Part shown: piece after piece, positions 23,201 to 32,020 of the stretch
How the letters are laid out: each line of letters begins with the position of its first letter
How positions within the stretch are numbered: position 1 is the first letter of the stretch
Source of the DNA: a virus
Reading direction: 5' to 3' (one strand)
IMG/VR virus record: IMGVR_UViG_3300046744_000381
Location: 64,001-128,000 of that record
DNA length: 64,000 nucleotides
The notes under the pieces: model-generated
Seen by the model: only the letters and a program-made list of their open reading frames with translations
Told to the model about the DNA's origin: nothing
The model's database searches: none
Translations under genes and position numbers: made by a program

Positions 23201-26200
23201 TAACCAAATATATTTTCCTTAACATTATCTATAACAAAATAATCTTTTCCAAAAGTCAAACTATTTGCACACGGACTTAGTGTAATTATTGTTCCTACAC
23301 TCCAGTTTTGTGTTGTATAGAATAGAAACTCTTTTATGCTTAATGTCCAGTCTTCAACGGCTTCAGTTTCACGGTTAAAAAAGTCAAAAACAAATCCTTG
23401 CTTTTTTAAGTAATCTTCATAACCCTGTATAAAATCTACAACTTCTTGTGCAGTTGCTAATACTGCACCGTAATTAATTGTATTAGTATCGTTGCCAAAG
23501 TTTTTTCTAAGAGTTGCAGTTGCTCCTCCGATAATAGGCAAATTACGTAACGGACTATAGAAACTTGGATCAAATTGATCAGTTGTTGTATGGTTTACAT
23601 TTACTCTATAATATGTATTTTCATATCTTACAATTTTACCTGCAATATATTGTTTATCTTCTGTCCAATATAAAAAGCTTTCACTTATGCCCCCTACATT
23701 AATCGCAATATCATTACTAGATAAAATCGGAGTGCTATAAGTAAATACAGGATTTTCTTTGTCATATCCAGATATTTTGAATCCGTTTGTTCGTTTTTCG
23801 ATAATAACACCGCTATATGTTACAGTTGTAAGTGGAGAACTTTGTACCAAATCTATCTTATAATTTTCAAATGGAACAAAAACATTTCCTTTATTAGAAG
23901 GATTTTTGCTATCTAATACAAGTTTTAATTTTTGTTTTTCACCAAACCCGCCTAACTTGAATGCAATCTTGTGTTTAAGATTTTTTAACTTTTTTGTAAA
24001 ATTTTCATATTGACTAGTTACGTCACTTGCCATATAATCGTAAATGTAGTTACTAAAGCCTGCAGTCAAAATTTGTTCTCCATCTTTTTGTGTGTTGGTA
24101 CACAATAAGTTAGATAATTTTATTCTTTGGCTAGTTTCTCCGTTGTATACAAGTTGCCCTGTTAAATTTCTGCTAATTCTTGATCTATCAAACCCAACAC
24201 CTAATACTTGTGCCGGTCTATTAATCATAATTGCTTTTAATAATGCAAAAGGATATTCGCTACTACGTCTCCAAGCAGTTTCAGTAGGTGTATGATCACC
24301 AAATTTAAATGTTTGGCCATTTTGCACTGAAAAACTAAATTCATTTACATAACCACTGTTTAAAGGACTACGTACATTACCGTTTTGGTCTACAGGAATA
24401 TGTTTTGTTAATCCAGGGCGAATAAATCTTTTATCAGTACGTATTAGGTTGCTAGATCTAATTATACCTTTTTCTAAATCATTCCACAGTACTAGATTAT
24501 TTTGTGTATAAGGTGCAGGGCCGTATTTGCTTTCCCACCACGAAGGCTTTACACTTAATCCAAGCATTTCCCAAGGACGTAAGTTTGGCGAATCAGTATC
24601 ATAAGCATTAATATAAATGCCTCTCCAAAATCCTGCTAACGGTAAATTATTTTTATTGCTTCCAAAACCGTAATTATATGTAAATGTTTGTGTTTCAGAT
24701 ACAAAACTATTATCAGTATAATCAGCATTACCTGCTTTTGTTAACCAGTTTACAAAATCACTAATAAGAATTTTATTTAAATCACCAACTTTTACTTTAC
24801 TATTTCTGTATTCACCACTTACATAATCCCAAATATCAAATATACTCTTGTCATACGAAACTTTTATGTTATTGTAAAATCTTTTTTCTAATTCTAATAA
24901 CAAATTATCTCTATAATCGTTATAACCAATTATTATACTTCCGTCGTGTCCTCTGATCGCTGTTTGCGCTTCTTGATATGTTGTGTCGGAAAATACTTCT
25001 GGCTTGTATGCAGGATACAATCCTAATTTTGTAGGTGTTTGAGGAATATAGCTACCATTAGTAGTTTCATATTCGTATATCTCAATCATATCGTTTAGCA
25101 CTAAATTAAACTCTGTAGTGAATTGCACAAAGCCTTCACTAGTAAAAACATAATCTAAATTTACACAAACTTGCTCACCATTTACATAAACGTTTACAGC
25201 TTTTTCACTTAATGTATCTAGAGTAAACACATTTGATAATGCATAGAATTTAATATCAGGGTCTAAAACTTTGTGTTCTATTTTTTTATTTGCGCCAATA
25301 CCTGTCATATCTGAATGATAAAAAGGCATACTTGATTTTTTATCTTTTACTAATGATAATAAAACTTGATCTACTTGTTCTTTTATTGATCCGTCTAAAT
25401 TTAAATTTTCAGCTTCTTGTACAAACGCCCTTTTAAATTTACTATATTCATTTTTGGCAAAGTTTAGTGCAGCAACTAAATTATTTTCTTTGTTACTGAT
25501 AGTAAATAATGGCAAATTAATCGGTCCACTATGTTGTACAAATTTTCTACCGTATTTTTTTACATTTCCTAGATCACGCAAATTGTTTGCGCCAGGTTGT
25601 GTTCCTACAAAGTTAGGTACTTCTTCTGCAACGCTATCCACGTGGTCGCTGACTTCACCTAAAGTAAATTGTGTAATGTCTTCGTTTAAAGGATTTCTTT
25701 CAAAATTATGAGCAGTTTCATAATATCCTTTACTTGTTTTATTTGCTGTTTTTGAATGAGCTTTAATTATTAAAATATCATCTACATTTAAGTCAGTAAA
25801 AAACTGTACATTTATTCTGTTATTTGCATCAGTGGCAAAATTAAAATCAACGCCTTGTTTTTTTACAATATTGTTTACATAGACTATAATTTTTAAATCA
25901 GCAACAAGAGCACTCTCTTTGAAAACATCAACAATAAAGTTATTTGTACGTTCTTGTCCAGTATATTTTCTTATAACGTATTGTTTACTTAATGAAGGAG
26001 CCTTTACCCAGCCATTAACATAATTAAAATCTACACCTCTATGTTCAAATTTCTTTAAAAATCCAGTTGAGGTAGCAACTTGAAATACTTGATTGTTTAC
26101 TTCATATGTAAATGAATCTTTTAATAAACTAAAATCAAATAAAATATCACCAGTATTGGCTATATTTTTGTAAGACAAAGGAAATCCTAATTCTGGATCA

Positions 26201-28056
26201 TTTACTCCTTCTCCAATAGCATAACTAAAAATTCTACAGCCTTTAAAATCACTTGAAGGATATGTTATTGTATCGGAAAAACTGTTACCATTGGTATCAC
26301 ATAAATCAAACAACGGTGCTTGATTAACACCTGTTTTTTCTTGTGCTACATTCCAAGTCGTACCGTTGTAGTAATACATCTTGCCAGCATTTCGGTTACC
26401 ATCTTTAACAAGCACAGTGTCATTTGTATCAGGAAAAGTATCAGTTGTTTCAACTAAACTAATTTGTCTATTACCTTTAAAATCAAAAAACTTAACTTGT
26501 AAAATTTTTCCATAGACAAAAGAATCTGTATCATTAATAAACATTACTCTCATACCGTCAGATAATTCAATGCCGTCAACACTATAACCGGGTTGTCCTT
26601 CTATTTTTGACTTAACATCATCGGTATAATTGTCTATCAAATCAATATTATTTTTTGCTTTTGTACCAAAGTTAAATAGTTTTAATCCTTGATCAAATTC
26701 AATAATAGGACGTTTTGCTCTGCTATCTTCTGGAAGATCAAATGATTGTCCGTTTAATGCTGCACTCTGTGTAATAACATCTTTATGAAACCATCTATTG
26801 TATCTAGCCCACGGATTTCTGTCTGGACTTGCTTTGTTTACTACTATATAATCTTTTGTTCCAGCAAAACTTTTTGCATCACTAAAAGGAACTCTATCAA
26901 AGCCATTGTTATCAAACGGTACTTTGCTATCAGAAGTAAATATAGCAGGTACTTGTAAATCTTCAGCTGCAACAAGTTTTATTTCATCGCCAACACCTTC
27001 TACATACCACAGCCCTTCAGAATATTTTGCAGGTGTAACTTGACCAATAAAGTATACTTTCATTCCGTTACTTAATGCCCATCCGTCCGATGTGGTATAA
27101 GTTTGCTTGCCAATTATTTCATTGTCTATATCAATTATACTATTAGCATCTATATCTGATATAATTATTCTACTACTAATATTCAAATCGTATTGACTTA
27201 CAAAATATAATGTATCAGGTGCATCATCAGGAATAGTAAATTCTAATATACCTTTTTCGATATAATCTTGTGCAACGAAATCATCTTGATTTAGTAGTAC
27301 ATCATCGGCGTCTGGTGACAGTGTTACACCTTGTGTGTAAGTTTGATTTAGTATAGAACTATCATCAAGTTTTTCGTTTGGATCTACTCCCCTATATAGA
27401 GCAATACTTAAAGGGTTACCCGGAGAATCTATTTCAAACCTATAAGTTTGTCCTCTATATAAATTTAAGTTTGGATTTTTTGTTAAACCATCTGGATGAA
27501 ATAATAAACTAATATCATTATCTTGTTCTAATACCTCGACCCTATATGTGCTAACAACGTCTTTACTTTGACCTCTGACTGCTACTTCTTGCGGTCCATT
27601 AGGCAACCAATAGTATTCTCGGAAGTTAGCAAACTTATCCAGATTAATATTTGGATTCCACGCATAATACTCTTGTTCATTAAGATTACTATGATTTTCT
27701 GTGTTTGCATTGTAAGTCTTAAGCAATCCCATATAGTCATTATAATCACTATAATATTTTGTAGAACCTAAAAAATCTTCGTATATACTGACAGGCTCAA
27801 ACTGATAATCGGTTCTTAATTTAGAAACATCTTCTAAATAATTATCTAAAATAGTTGCTGCTTTTGCTTCTCGTTTTCCAACAAACCCATTTATTTTTTC
27901 AATTACTCCAGGATTAGTCAACTGGTCTAATGTACTACTTAAAAACTTCTTATTTTGTGGAGTTCTAAAAAACCTAGGTAAATGTTCTACACTACTTCTT
28001 TTTTCATTTTTGCCTGCTGGTAACGGAAATTCGTTTTGATCATCATTATATGACAT
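14278..28056 (-). CDS. Giant (4592 aa) multidomain baseplate wedge/structural protein (gp7-like position)
   Basis: Uninterrupted ORF after gp6-like gene; FG-GAP-like propeller blades (FGQKIKFSGDG, WGTSVALSDDG), CBM5/12-like W..Y..G..V motifs, FTGDG Ig-like repeats, C-terminal GERIEY...LRRGTLGT. Confidence 0.7.
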   Translation of the reverse strand: MSYNDDQNEFPLPAGKNEKRSSVEHLPRFFRTPQNKKFLSSTLDQLTNPGVIEKINGFVGKREAKAATILDNYLEDVSKLRTDYQFEPVSIYEDFLGSTKYYSDYNDYMGLLKTYNANTENHSNLNEQEYYAWNPNINLDKFANFREYYWLPNGPQEVAVRGQSKDVVSTYRVEVLEQDNDISLLFHPDGLTKNPNLNLYRGQTYRFEIDSPGNPLSIALYRGVDPNEKLDDSSILNQTYTQGVTLSPDADDVLLNQDDFVAQDYIEKGILEFTIPDDAPDTLYFVSQYDLNISSRIIISDIDANSIIDIDNEIIGKQTYTTSDGWALSNGMKVYFIGQVTPAKYSEGLWYVEGVGDEIKLVAAEDLQVPAIFTSDSKVPFDNNGFDRVPFSDAKSFAGTKDYIVVNKASPDRNPWARYNRWFHKDVITQSAALNGQSFDLPEDSRAKRPIIEFDQGLKLFNFGTKAKNNIDLIDNYTDDVKSKIEGQPGYSVDGIELSDGMRVMFINDTDSFVYGKILQVKFFDFKGNRQISLVETTDTFPDTNDTVLVKDGNRNAGKMYYYNGTTWNVAQEKTGVNQAPLFDLCDTNGNSFSDTITYPSSDFKGCRIFSYAIGEGVNDPELGFPLSYKNIANTGDILFDFSLLKDSFTYEVNNQVFQVATSTGFLKKFEHRGVDFNYVNGWVKAPSLSKQYVIRKYTGQERTNNFIVDVFKESALVADLKIIVYVNNIVKKQGVDFNFATDANNRINVQFFTDLNVDDILIIKAHSKTANKTSKGYYETAHNFERNPLNEDITQFTLGEVSDHVDSVAEEVPNFVGTQPGANNLRDLGNVKKYGRKFVQHSGPINLPLFTISNKENNLVAALNFAKNEYSKFKRAFVQEAENLNLDGSIKEQVDQVLLSLVKDKKSSMPFYHSDMTGIGANKKIEHKVLDPDIKFYALSNVFTLDTLSEKAVNVYVNGEQVCVNLDYVFTSEGFVQFTTEFNLVLNDMIEIYEYETTNGSYIPQTPTKLGLYPAYKPEVFSDTTYQEAQTAIRGHDGSIIIGYNDYRDNLLLELEKRFYNNIKVSYDKSIFDIWDYVSGEYRNSKVKVGDLNKILISDFVNWLTKAGNADYTDNSFVSETQTFTYNYGFGSNKNNLPLAGFWRGIYINAYDTDSPNLRPWEMLGLSVKPSWWESKYGPAPYTQNNLVLWNDLEKGIIRSSNLIRTDKRFIRPGLTKHIPVDQNGNVRSPLNSGYVNEFSFSVQNGQTFKFGDHTPTETAWRRSSEYPFALLKAIMINRPAQVLGVGFDRSRISRNLTGQLVYNGETSQRIKLSNLLCTNTQKDGEQILTAGFSNYIYDYMASDVTSQYENFTKKLKNLKHKIAFKLGGFGEKQKLKLVLDSKNPSNKGNVFVPFENYKIDLVQSSPLTTVTYSGVIIEKRTNGFKISGYDKENPVFTYSTPILSSNDIAINVGGISESFLYWTEDKQYIAGKIVRYENTYYRVNVNHTTTDQFDPSFYSPLRNLPIIGGATATLRKNFGNDTNTINYGAVLATAQEVVDFIQGYEDYLKKQGFVFDFFNRETEAVEDWTLSIKEFLFYTTQNWSVGTIITLSPCANSLTFGKDYFVIDNVKENIFGYKILNLDGTAVKDYSVNISRDTGNSVTILPNTADNAIYFCKLGLIQKDHSVIIDNKTVFNDTIYNPSSGYRQERIKVVGYRTDNWNGNLNIPGFIYDQANITEWEQWQDYALGDLVKYKEFYYSANIFISGDSVFDSSLWNRLDDRPESGLKANFDYKVNQFADFYDLDTDNFDTEQQRLAQHLIGYQKREYLDNIIEDDISQYKFYQGFIQEKGTLNSLTKFFDKLGSTDQESLEFYEEWAIRNAQYGATDTFDELEYKLDETKFRIEPQLIELVDAVDTNRTDLVYEIPESKVYIKPQNYTKNPFPYKYSTDEYSKTAGYVSLDQIDFLAKTPNDILELDIANVPIDNIIWVTSEKNSWNIYQHTLISNRVETYTKTTTGFDLKFDSIPDLAIGEIFGVQFIDDNIDGFYKINNISGTVVSVVADITFNEEFLDLNDSTTGIITKLLSKRYDTPSNVNADINKFGLNENNTIWIDNVANDKFGVFKNNKIFSGKQELFNIENGDGGYGSSFAVNDFNSIFAVGRPIDGKVYVYTRSSETQTLNFIQEIIVPTNLHNSASAFGQKIKFSGDGQFMFVAAPLASNVKTRYRGEAESSFNILKDDIVSDRGTLWRAKRATDDDSSSINTNSRDWEQVYKIPADDEGYASGLTNQGIVYVYKKNLDNSYYLLEQFVSNEPTGDEKFGIGLETAFTTDETYKLYVRSEGNNGRVYLYDTTYSIMEMRGTIDVTFRGDWDNFHSYVTGAIVQENGQLYKAKVDIPKGGNGPTDIALWESVDNNVDRFGYLPYSSTIQGDNDSTAFNNTNQAGKNIDVSTNGEVLTFTAFNTSTDEFQVNVYRLQEGRYAFYEAITTPNTDILWGTSVALSDDGNYIAVGANSADIETNTDTGIDKGLVYIYKYNSSSLAFENTQTLQAPASSKNERFGYKVEFSNNKLCVIGINGLNIGGTQFDSNATSFDNNSTKLYDFSSRRPQAYTYELLNEIYTVSEVIDYESYYIDNGLTLQRDLSTADDVEILYQNNHLYLGFEGLDTGDSKFGLIFDLRHDKDITNWNTLGEATDFINYDKMRGAFLYDSVTSDLITYIDLIDPIQGKIANAAEREINYKLYYDPAVYNIGNTNTGVVNPWGEERVGELLWDLNAVKWYNPYQKNADYSSNVWNKIIPGYSIDIYEWVSSTLLPDEWDAIADTTEGLADGVSGVSRYGNQRYVRKNVYDPITGLFSAKYYYWVKNSKVLPTITNRTITANAVASLIEDPAANGYRFLGMFGRNNFAIYNCTNLVKDTDTVLHFEYYNTEEVKINNIHREYNLLTEGLATSQPNDRVVSKWIDSLVGYDKQRTLLPVTTLSPARRYGILDDPLQTMFVNRTEALKQVIERINLVLSKKLIVDEFDISGLSSKDPQPTNVSREYDTVVENETLLRFIGTSKLDQAQLSVDIVDGRLTKVTITNAGRGYIDPAFNSATDTKRRGPKVTITGSGIGAEIETVINNLGQVIEANIINEGKNYNSTTTTVTVRPFTALITTDTTLLGFWATYIWNSTEKEWIRINNQSYDASLYWKYIDWYAEGYSKETNIDYLVPGSYALGGLKDNLGDIIKIETIGSGGWLLLKKIDNQLEVDYTVNYETIGRQNGTIEFSRLLFNNERFGFDKAVYDSALYDRDAGEEVRIILNTINQTIFVDELKVEWNKLFFSSVRYALAEQPTIDWIFKTAFIKAKHNVGGLDQKTTYKSDSLESYNDYVNEVKPYSTKIREFVSAYENIDPTQTNVTDFDLPPRYDLNAEKIVSETAQVLDSQIRNYSEFVTTYPQKNWFDNVGFEVKEVVLTDGGTGWTNAPRLVMSGGGGPTVIGSTTINEGKVTGIVIDFANLKYITAPTLTFEGDQEDYSTAKPARATAIIGNSPVRSTHMLIKFDRITGSYFVTDLDVTQTFTGTGSQIDFILKWPIDVRPSKITVTVDGVEQLATDYSISNILDKTVTYPRYYGVVSFANAPSNNKTIVIEYDKDVNYLSASDRINFYYNPTTGQFGKELSQLMDGVDYGGVQIDTASFGASQGFNNGDLFGSTPFDRFSGNLEDEVFVLDGSTGSITVSVPFEAGVKYNVYYKAATAGINDNPVRIDSEAYGTSEAPEDSIMLTITGDGITSTFILDEDQLVTRDGDTIIVRKETSDGAVTPSGVIFDTQINGGDLTNVAGQFSTATGIDAGNIVIDGDDFVSPTTSKGTEEQVPGQILDTLDLQVYERVNDGQGVITVQNFRTDGGSAEYYLENLPATQDSVIVKLDNVVLDPAQYEIDYSEKLLRISDSSLLPVGKHLSFLTIGTNGSNIIESDTFTGDGNTANFVTFYKFEQNVTAVVSVNGVISTSFGLDASGPEYGDNANKVMLVFGEVPPANSIITYTLYKGTGKQYSQLAIDDTFDRTVSTQRSHTFGSNGAVPLPFNKKPISHNILVKVGDKFLDAGYVKKHTMTVDRAYEIDNWQLLDQTKISQLDILVYINDQLVDPINYIYSTTNGRIEFTTREIGKSGDILRVYLIDNAEYFFVDTVIKLSNAGTLVDYAPLDQINFTLNDSTNVIGTVQEYTKTGQEVTIKLQGYVRDLIALAAKDDTPSLYFDDSTDFKIDSIRVVDSERLSLKDIPTQDVKIYVFSNHDTNEFERLSLRVSYEDTNAAEGSANYLTRNLLSRGEIKLDKKIPGPEYAWVFLNGKFLTSQADYTLSDNRQSIILSERPIKNDRIEILYFTADVSKQKFAYRIFKDVLNRYHYKRINSGMEYDLAVDLNWYDLSINLKSSDGLDEPNKELAIPGIIFINGERIEYFVKQGNVLRQLRRGTLGTGVKDVHSANSRVFHQGVSETIPYQDTTYTQLFTGDGAAKTFNLNWTPTSVNEFDVFVAGTRLRKATPIDPNNSTADTNYYQYNEALDQDSPGGDVVVPAEFTVENNILTLVTAPLADTEIRIIRKTGKIWNDDGISLASSKNTISRFLTDSTYKLAR

Positions 28057-31000
28057 TAGTAGTTTACGCCTCCGGTAGAAGTTACATCAGAGCTTTGTAC
28101 TCCAACATTCAATATGTCATCGCTGGTTACAACTAACCCCGATGCTTTAAGTCTTGATTGCGTAATCGCATCAATTATTTCTACATCATCCACTGATGCA
28201 CTGCTTATTAGTATTTCGTCATTTTCGCTTTTAATTTCGTACAAGCTACCAAAACTTTGTGTTTCTTGTTTTGGTACTAAAACAACACTAACAATATCCG
28301 GTGCTGATTGATTTATAATATATGTTGCTAATTCGCTAAAATAAAATGTTTCGCCAAAGTCCCAGTTTTCTAATGCAAAGAAAGCATTAACCGAATCTAT
28401 AACACGACTTTTTACATCATTATCATTTACTACTCGGTCACTATTTTTGACTACTTTAATTGTTGCTTGTAAATCCACGTCACTTTTACTGCCCAAAATA
28501 GGTTTATATTTTACAGGATGATAAATTACATCATCACTTATACTTTTAATTGCTTGTACACTAGAGTTATAGTCTAAATACAAATTATCACTGCTAGGCG
28601 GCAAGGGTTTAGTTTGTGTGTTGCCTTTTATATAATCTCTATATTCGTTATCATAACTTTTTGTAAGCAAATATACATCAATAATATTACTACTACTAGG
28701 ATCTATTCTAGCTTGTTCATCAGCAGCGTGTGAATATTCAAATTTAATATCAGTCCTACCAAAATATGCAAGATAATCAGATGTAAACTCTAATGCGTTT
28801 GCAGTTTGATTGTATTTTAAAAATACGTCTCTATCAATTAAGTAAAATACGTCACCATTGTTATACTGACTTAATGCGCCAACTGCGCCCTGACTAGTTT
28901 TTGTATATATAGGCTCTTTATCTGCATCAATATAATTAAATGTTTCAGTTTTATTTACTGTTGTCTTTTTTTGGTAAATGTATTTTGTATTACTGTTAGT
29001 CTCGGGTGCAACAATATGTTCAAATAAATCTGGATCATCAACAACACCATCATTGTCAGTATCAAAAAAACTTATTTCTATCTTTTTGCTATTAATATAC
29101 CCTGCATCATTTTTATACTCTTTAGTAATTTGCCAAGGCCAATCCACAGTAAACGGATTAAGTGCATCAGGTTTTGTATTGATACTCAAAACCTTTATAA
29201 CATCCGAAACTATTGTGCCTGACTTACTGTCATATATTTTATTAGTGCTATCAAAAAAGAACCGTATTTGATCGTTGCTTTCAAATACATATCTGCGTCC
29301 TCTAGCAGTGACAGTATATTTTTGCCCATCTGTTTCAAATAATAATAGCCAACTGTTATCACTTTGTGTGTTTGTACTATCGCCAGTTTTTCCTAATCCA
29401 AATTCTGTACGTGTGTCAAGATTATTAGAAATAATTACACGCCACTGACTATTTTCAAAATCATATCTCAAACCAAATGTTTTAAAAGCAAAAGCTTGAT
29501 CTATAATTTGTGTTTTAACTGCATCAGTTATACTTGTATCAAGCACTGGAATAATTTCAGCTAGGACTGCATTTTGCGGTATTTTATCATTTAAAACAAT
29601 CGGGCCCAATCCTGTATCAGCATTTACTACTGTGCCATTATCTTCTACGCTAATAACCTTTACCCATTTATAAGTCGACGAGCCGGAAGTCGTTGCACTA
29701 CCTAAAGCAAGATCTCCGGTTGATGAAAAATAATAATTATTAGGAGCATCAAATTTTATCAACGCACCCGGAGTGACATATCTCATAATACTTTTTGTAA
29801 AACTAGAAACAGCTATAGGAGTACTATTAATTGTATCTATAAAATATCCAGTCGATCTATTAGTATCAAAAGTGGTAAAATTCCAAGAAAAATTTAAATT
29901 CTTTACACTTGTATTTCTTGGAAAGTTTTTGTAATAAAAGTTTAATAATTTTGTATCTTTTATTGCTGGTATAATTATATTGTTTATTGATGATTCTATA
30001 TCATTCCTAGTTACAAAATCAAAACTATATTTAGAATCTAAATTTTCAGTAAAAAGTATTCCGTCATCGCTGTAAAGCAAAGTATTGCTGTACTTGCCGC
30101 TTGCATCTCTTAAATCAAAATATCTACTGATTCCGCTACTAGTTCTGTTTACAGCTTTTGTTTTTATGATATTTTGATTTATACCTAGTGTTCCTATATT
30201 GTAATCTTCGCCTGTGATTAATCTATTTTGTGTGTAATAGGTACTAGGTGCATTTGTTTTAATTGAAGAATTACTTTCTGCAGCCGCACTGTTATCAATA
30301 ACAGTTTTTAGCTCCATTGTTAACGAAAGAGTTTCTACTTTACCGGCTTTACTTGTATAAGGCACAGTAATTGTTATGCCAGTCATATCACTAGGTACAA
30401 TCTTAAATTGTCTAGCATTACTTGTTCTGTAATAAACTTTAAATTTACCTTTAGGTAATGTACCAAACGTGCCATCACTAAAAATTAAACTAATTCTGTC
30501 TTGCACTCGGCTTAATACACCGTAAATATCTCGCACTTTTTTATTAATACTATTGTAGATAATATTGTTTCCTTCAATATTATCGACCTTGGTCCACAAT
30601 TTATTTTCTAAATTATTACTATCTAATTGATACAACCAAACATCACTGTTGTTTATATTGTCTGTATCAATGTTAATTGTAGTATTTGGAGTAGGGTTGT
30701 CAACAGTCACAACATTATTTTCTAATCTACCTTGTCTAAAATGTAAAAAGAATCCGCTGTTGTTAGAACCTGCTCCTTGACCGTCATCTCTGTATAAAAA
30801 TGCTAGTCTGTTACCTGCCAACGGTTCTTCTTCGTAAATTTTTTCTGCATCTATATCAGTGCTAACAATTTCAAATTGTGTTGTTATGCTATCTACATTT
30901 TTTGTAAAACTGTAAATAGGCAATCCACTATTGCTTATTGAATTTAATCTATATTGTTCTGTTAGAACACTATCGATAGTTTCTTTTTTAATACTTTTAC

Positions 31001-31511
31001 CAAACTTATTATCAGCTGGCAATGCAGAATTCAATATTTTTACAAATTGTTCATACCAGTCTGCATTTGTACTATCATTCCATATTACTGTTTGTCCGCT
31101 TAGATTAGTGCCGTTGCTGTCAATAACATCTTCTGTAGTGCTTATACTGTCAAACTTTAATAATCCGTTAGCTGTTTGATTTCTTTTAACATTATAACTT
31201 ACTAATCTTGCTAGACGTAGAACACTTTCTCTGCGTTCTGCTGTTTCTATGTAGTTCTCACGTGCATTTAAATCTGCACGGAATGCAATATTTTGTCCAA
31301 GGAAAGCAATTAGATCAATTAGTGCAAGGTATTCACTACTTTCAATATAGTCATTGAAATCCTCTGGGTAGTTTTGCCTAATATAGTTTATCATTGTACG
31401 GCGAAGATTATCAAAGTCGTAACTTTGAAAATCGGCATACTTAAAACTTTGATAAACTGTCTTCCAATCTTCTGCTAAAAGAAGTCTATTTTGACGTTCT
31501 GTACTTGACAT
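28056..31511 (-). CDS. gp6: Baseplate wedge subunit gp6-like
   Basis: DFDNLRRTM...FNDYIESSE...ARENYIETAERRESVLRLARLVSY; TQNRLITGEDY. Confidence 0.85.
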   Translation of the reverse strand: MSSTERQNRLLLAEDWKTVYQSFKYADFQSYDFDNLRRTMINYIRQNYPEDFNDYIESSEYLALIDLIAFLGQNIAFRADLNARENYIETAERRESVLRLARLVSYNVKRNQTANGLLKFDSISTTEDVIDSNGTNLSGQTVIWNDSTNADWYEQFVKILNSALPADNKFGKSIKKETIDSVLTEQYRLNSISNSGLPIYSFTKNVDSITTQFEIVSTDIDAEKIYEEEPLAGNRLAFLYRDDGQGAGSNNSGFFLHFRQGRLENNVVTVDNPTPNTTINIDTDNINNSDVWLYQLDSNNLENKLWTKVDNIEGNNIIYNSINKKVRDIYGVLSRVQDRISLIFSDGTFGTLPKGKFKVYYRTSNARQFKIVPSDMTGITITVPYTSKAGKVETLSLTMELKTVIDNSAAAESNSSIKTNAPSTYYTQNRLITGEDYNIGTLGINQNIIKTKAVNRTSSGISRYFDLRDASGKYSNTLLYSDDGILFTENLDSKYSFDFVTRNDIESSINNIIIPAIKDTKLLNFYYKNFPRNTSVKNLNFSWNFTTFDTNRSTGYFIDTINSTPIAVSSFTKSIMRYVTPGALIKFDAPNNYYFSSTGDLALGSATTSGSSTYKWVKVISVEDNGTVVNADTGLGPIVLNDKIPQNAVLAEIIPVLDTSITDAVKTQIIDQAFAFKTFGLRYDFENSQWRVIISNNLDTRTEFGLGKTGDSTNTQSDNSWLLLFETDGQKYTVTARGRRYVFESNDQIRFFFDSTNKIYDSKSGTIVSDVIKVLSINTKPDALNPFTVDWPWQITKEYKNDAGYINSKKIEISFFDTDNDGVVDDPDLFEHIVAPETNSNTKYIYQKKTTVNKTETFNYIDADKEPIYTKTSQGAVGALSQYNNGDVFYLIDRDVFLKYNQTANALEFTSDYLAYFGRTDIKFEYSHAADEQARIDPSSSNIIDVYLLTKSYDNEYRDYIKGNTQTKPLPPSSDNLYLDYNSSVQAIKSISDDVIYHPVKYKPILGSKSDVDLQATIKVVKNSDRVVNDNDVKSRVIDSVNAFFALENWDFGETFYFSELATYIINQSAPDIVSVVLVPKQETQSFGSLYEIKSENDEILISSASVDDVEIIDAITQSRLKASGLVVTSDDILNVGVQSSDVTSTGGVNY

Positions 31512-31534
31512 TTGCCATTCCTTTACTTATATAA

Positions 31535-31540
31535 TATTTA
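31535..31540 (-). promoter_or_regulatory. gp55-type late promoter (TAAATA)
   Basis: TAAATA on the minus strand upstream of gp6. Confidence 0.5.
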
Positions 31541-31562
31541 GCTGAAAAATAAAGTACGCACT

Positions 31563-32003
31563 TTAAATGAGACCTGCAGATTCATCAAAAGTTAAACGCA
31601 AACTTTCAGATATATTGTATGGCAAATATGTTAACGCACACTCAATTTGAATGCCACTTTCAAATGTTTGTATAGTTACATTATCAACACTTACTCTTGG
31701 ATCGTAATTTATAATATCTGTAACATTTTTTATTATTGCTTCTTTTAAAGAATCAGTTAACGGTTCAAAAAGCACATCCCATATAATTGTTCCAAACTCT
31801 GGATTTTCAAGTTTTTCGCCTTGACGAATGTGAAAATGATTTATTATATCTTGTTTTATAAGTGCAAGATCGTATTTTACAAAATTATTTGTTTTGTTAT
31901 TTACTGTGCTAATACCTCTATATTTTTTACTAGTCACAGGAACATTTGTAGATTCTGCACCTACTGTAATATTTTTATAAAGAGATTTTTCGTTTACTGA
32001 CAT
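31563..32003 (-). CDS. gp25: Baseplate wedge subunit gp25-like
   Basis: LIKQDIINHFHIRQGEKLENPEFGTIIWDVLFEP...YDPRV. Confidence 0.9.
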   Translation of the reverse strand: MSVNEKSLYKNITVGAESTNVPVTSKKYRGISTVNNKTNNFVKYDLALIKQDIINHFHIRQGEKLENPEFGTIIWDVLFEPLTDSLKEAIIKNVTDIINYDPRVSVDNVTIQTFESGIQIECALTYLPYNISESLRLTFDESAGLI

Positions 32004-32007
32004 ATTG

Positions 32008-32013
32008 TATTTA
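32008..32013 (-). promoter_or_regulatory. gp55-type late promoter (TAAATA)
   Basis: ATAAATACAAT-ATG on the minus strand; only 4 nt between hexamer and start codon. Confidence 0.55.
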
Positions 32014-32020
32014 TTTCCAC

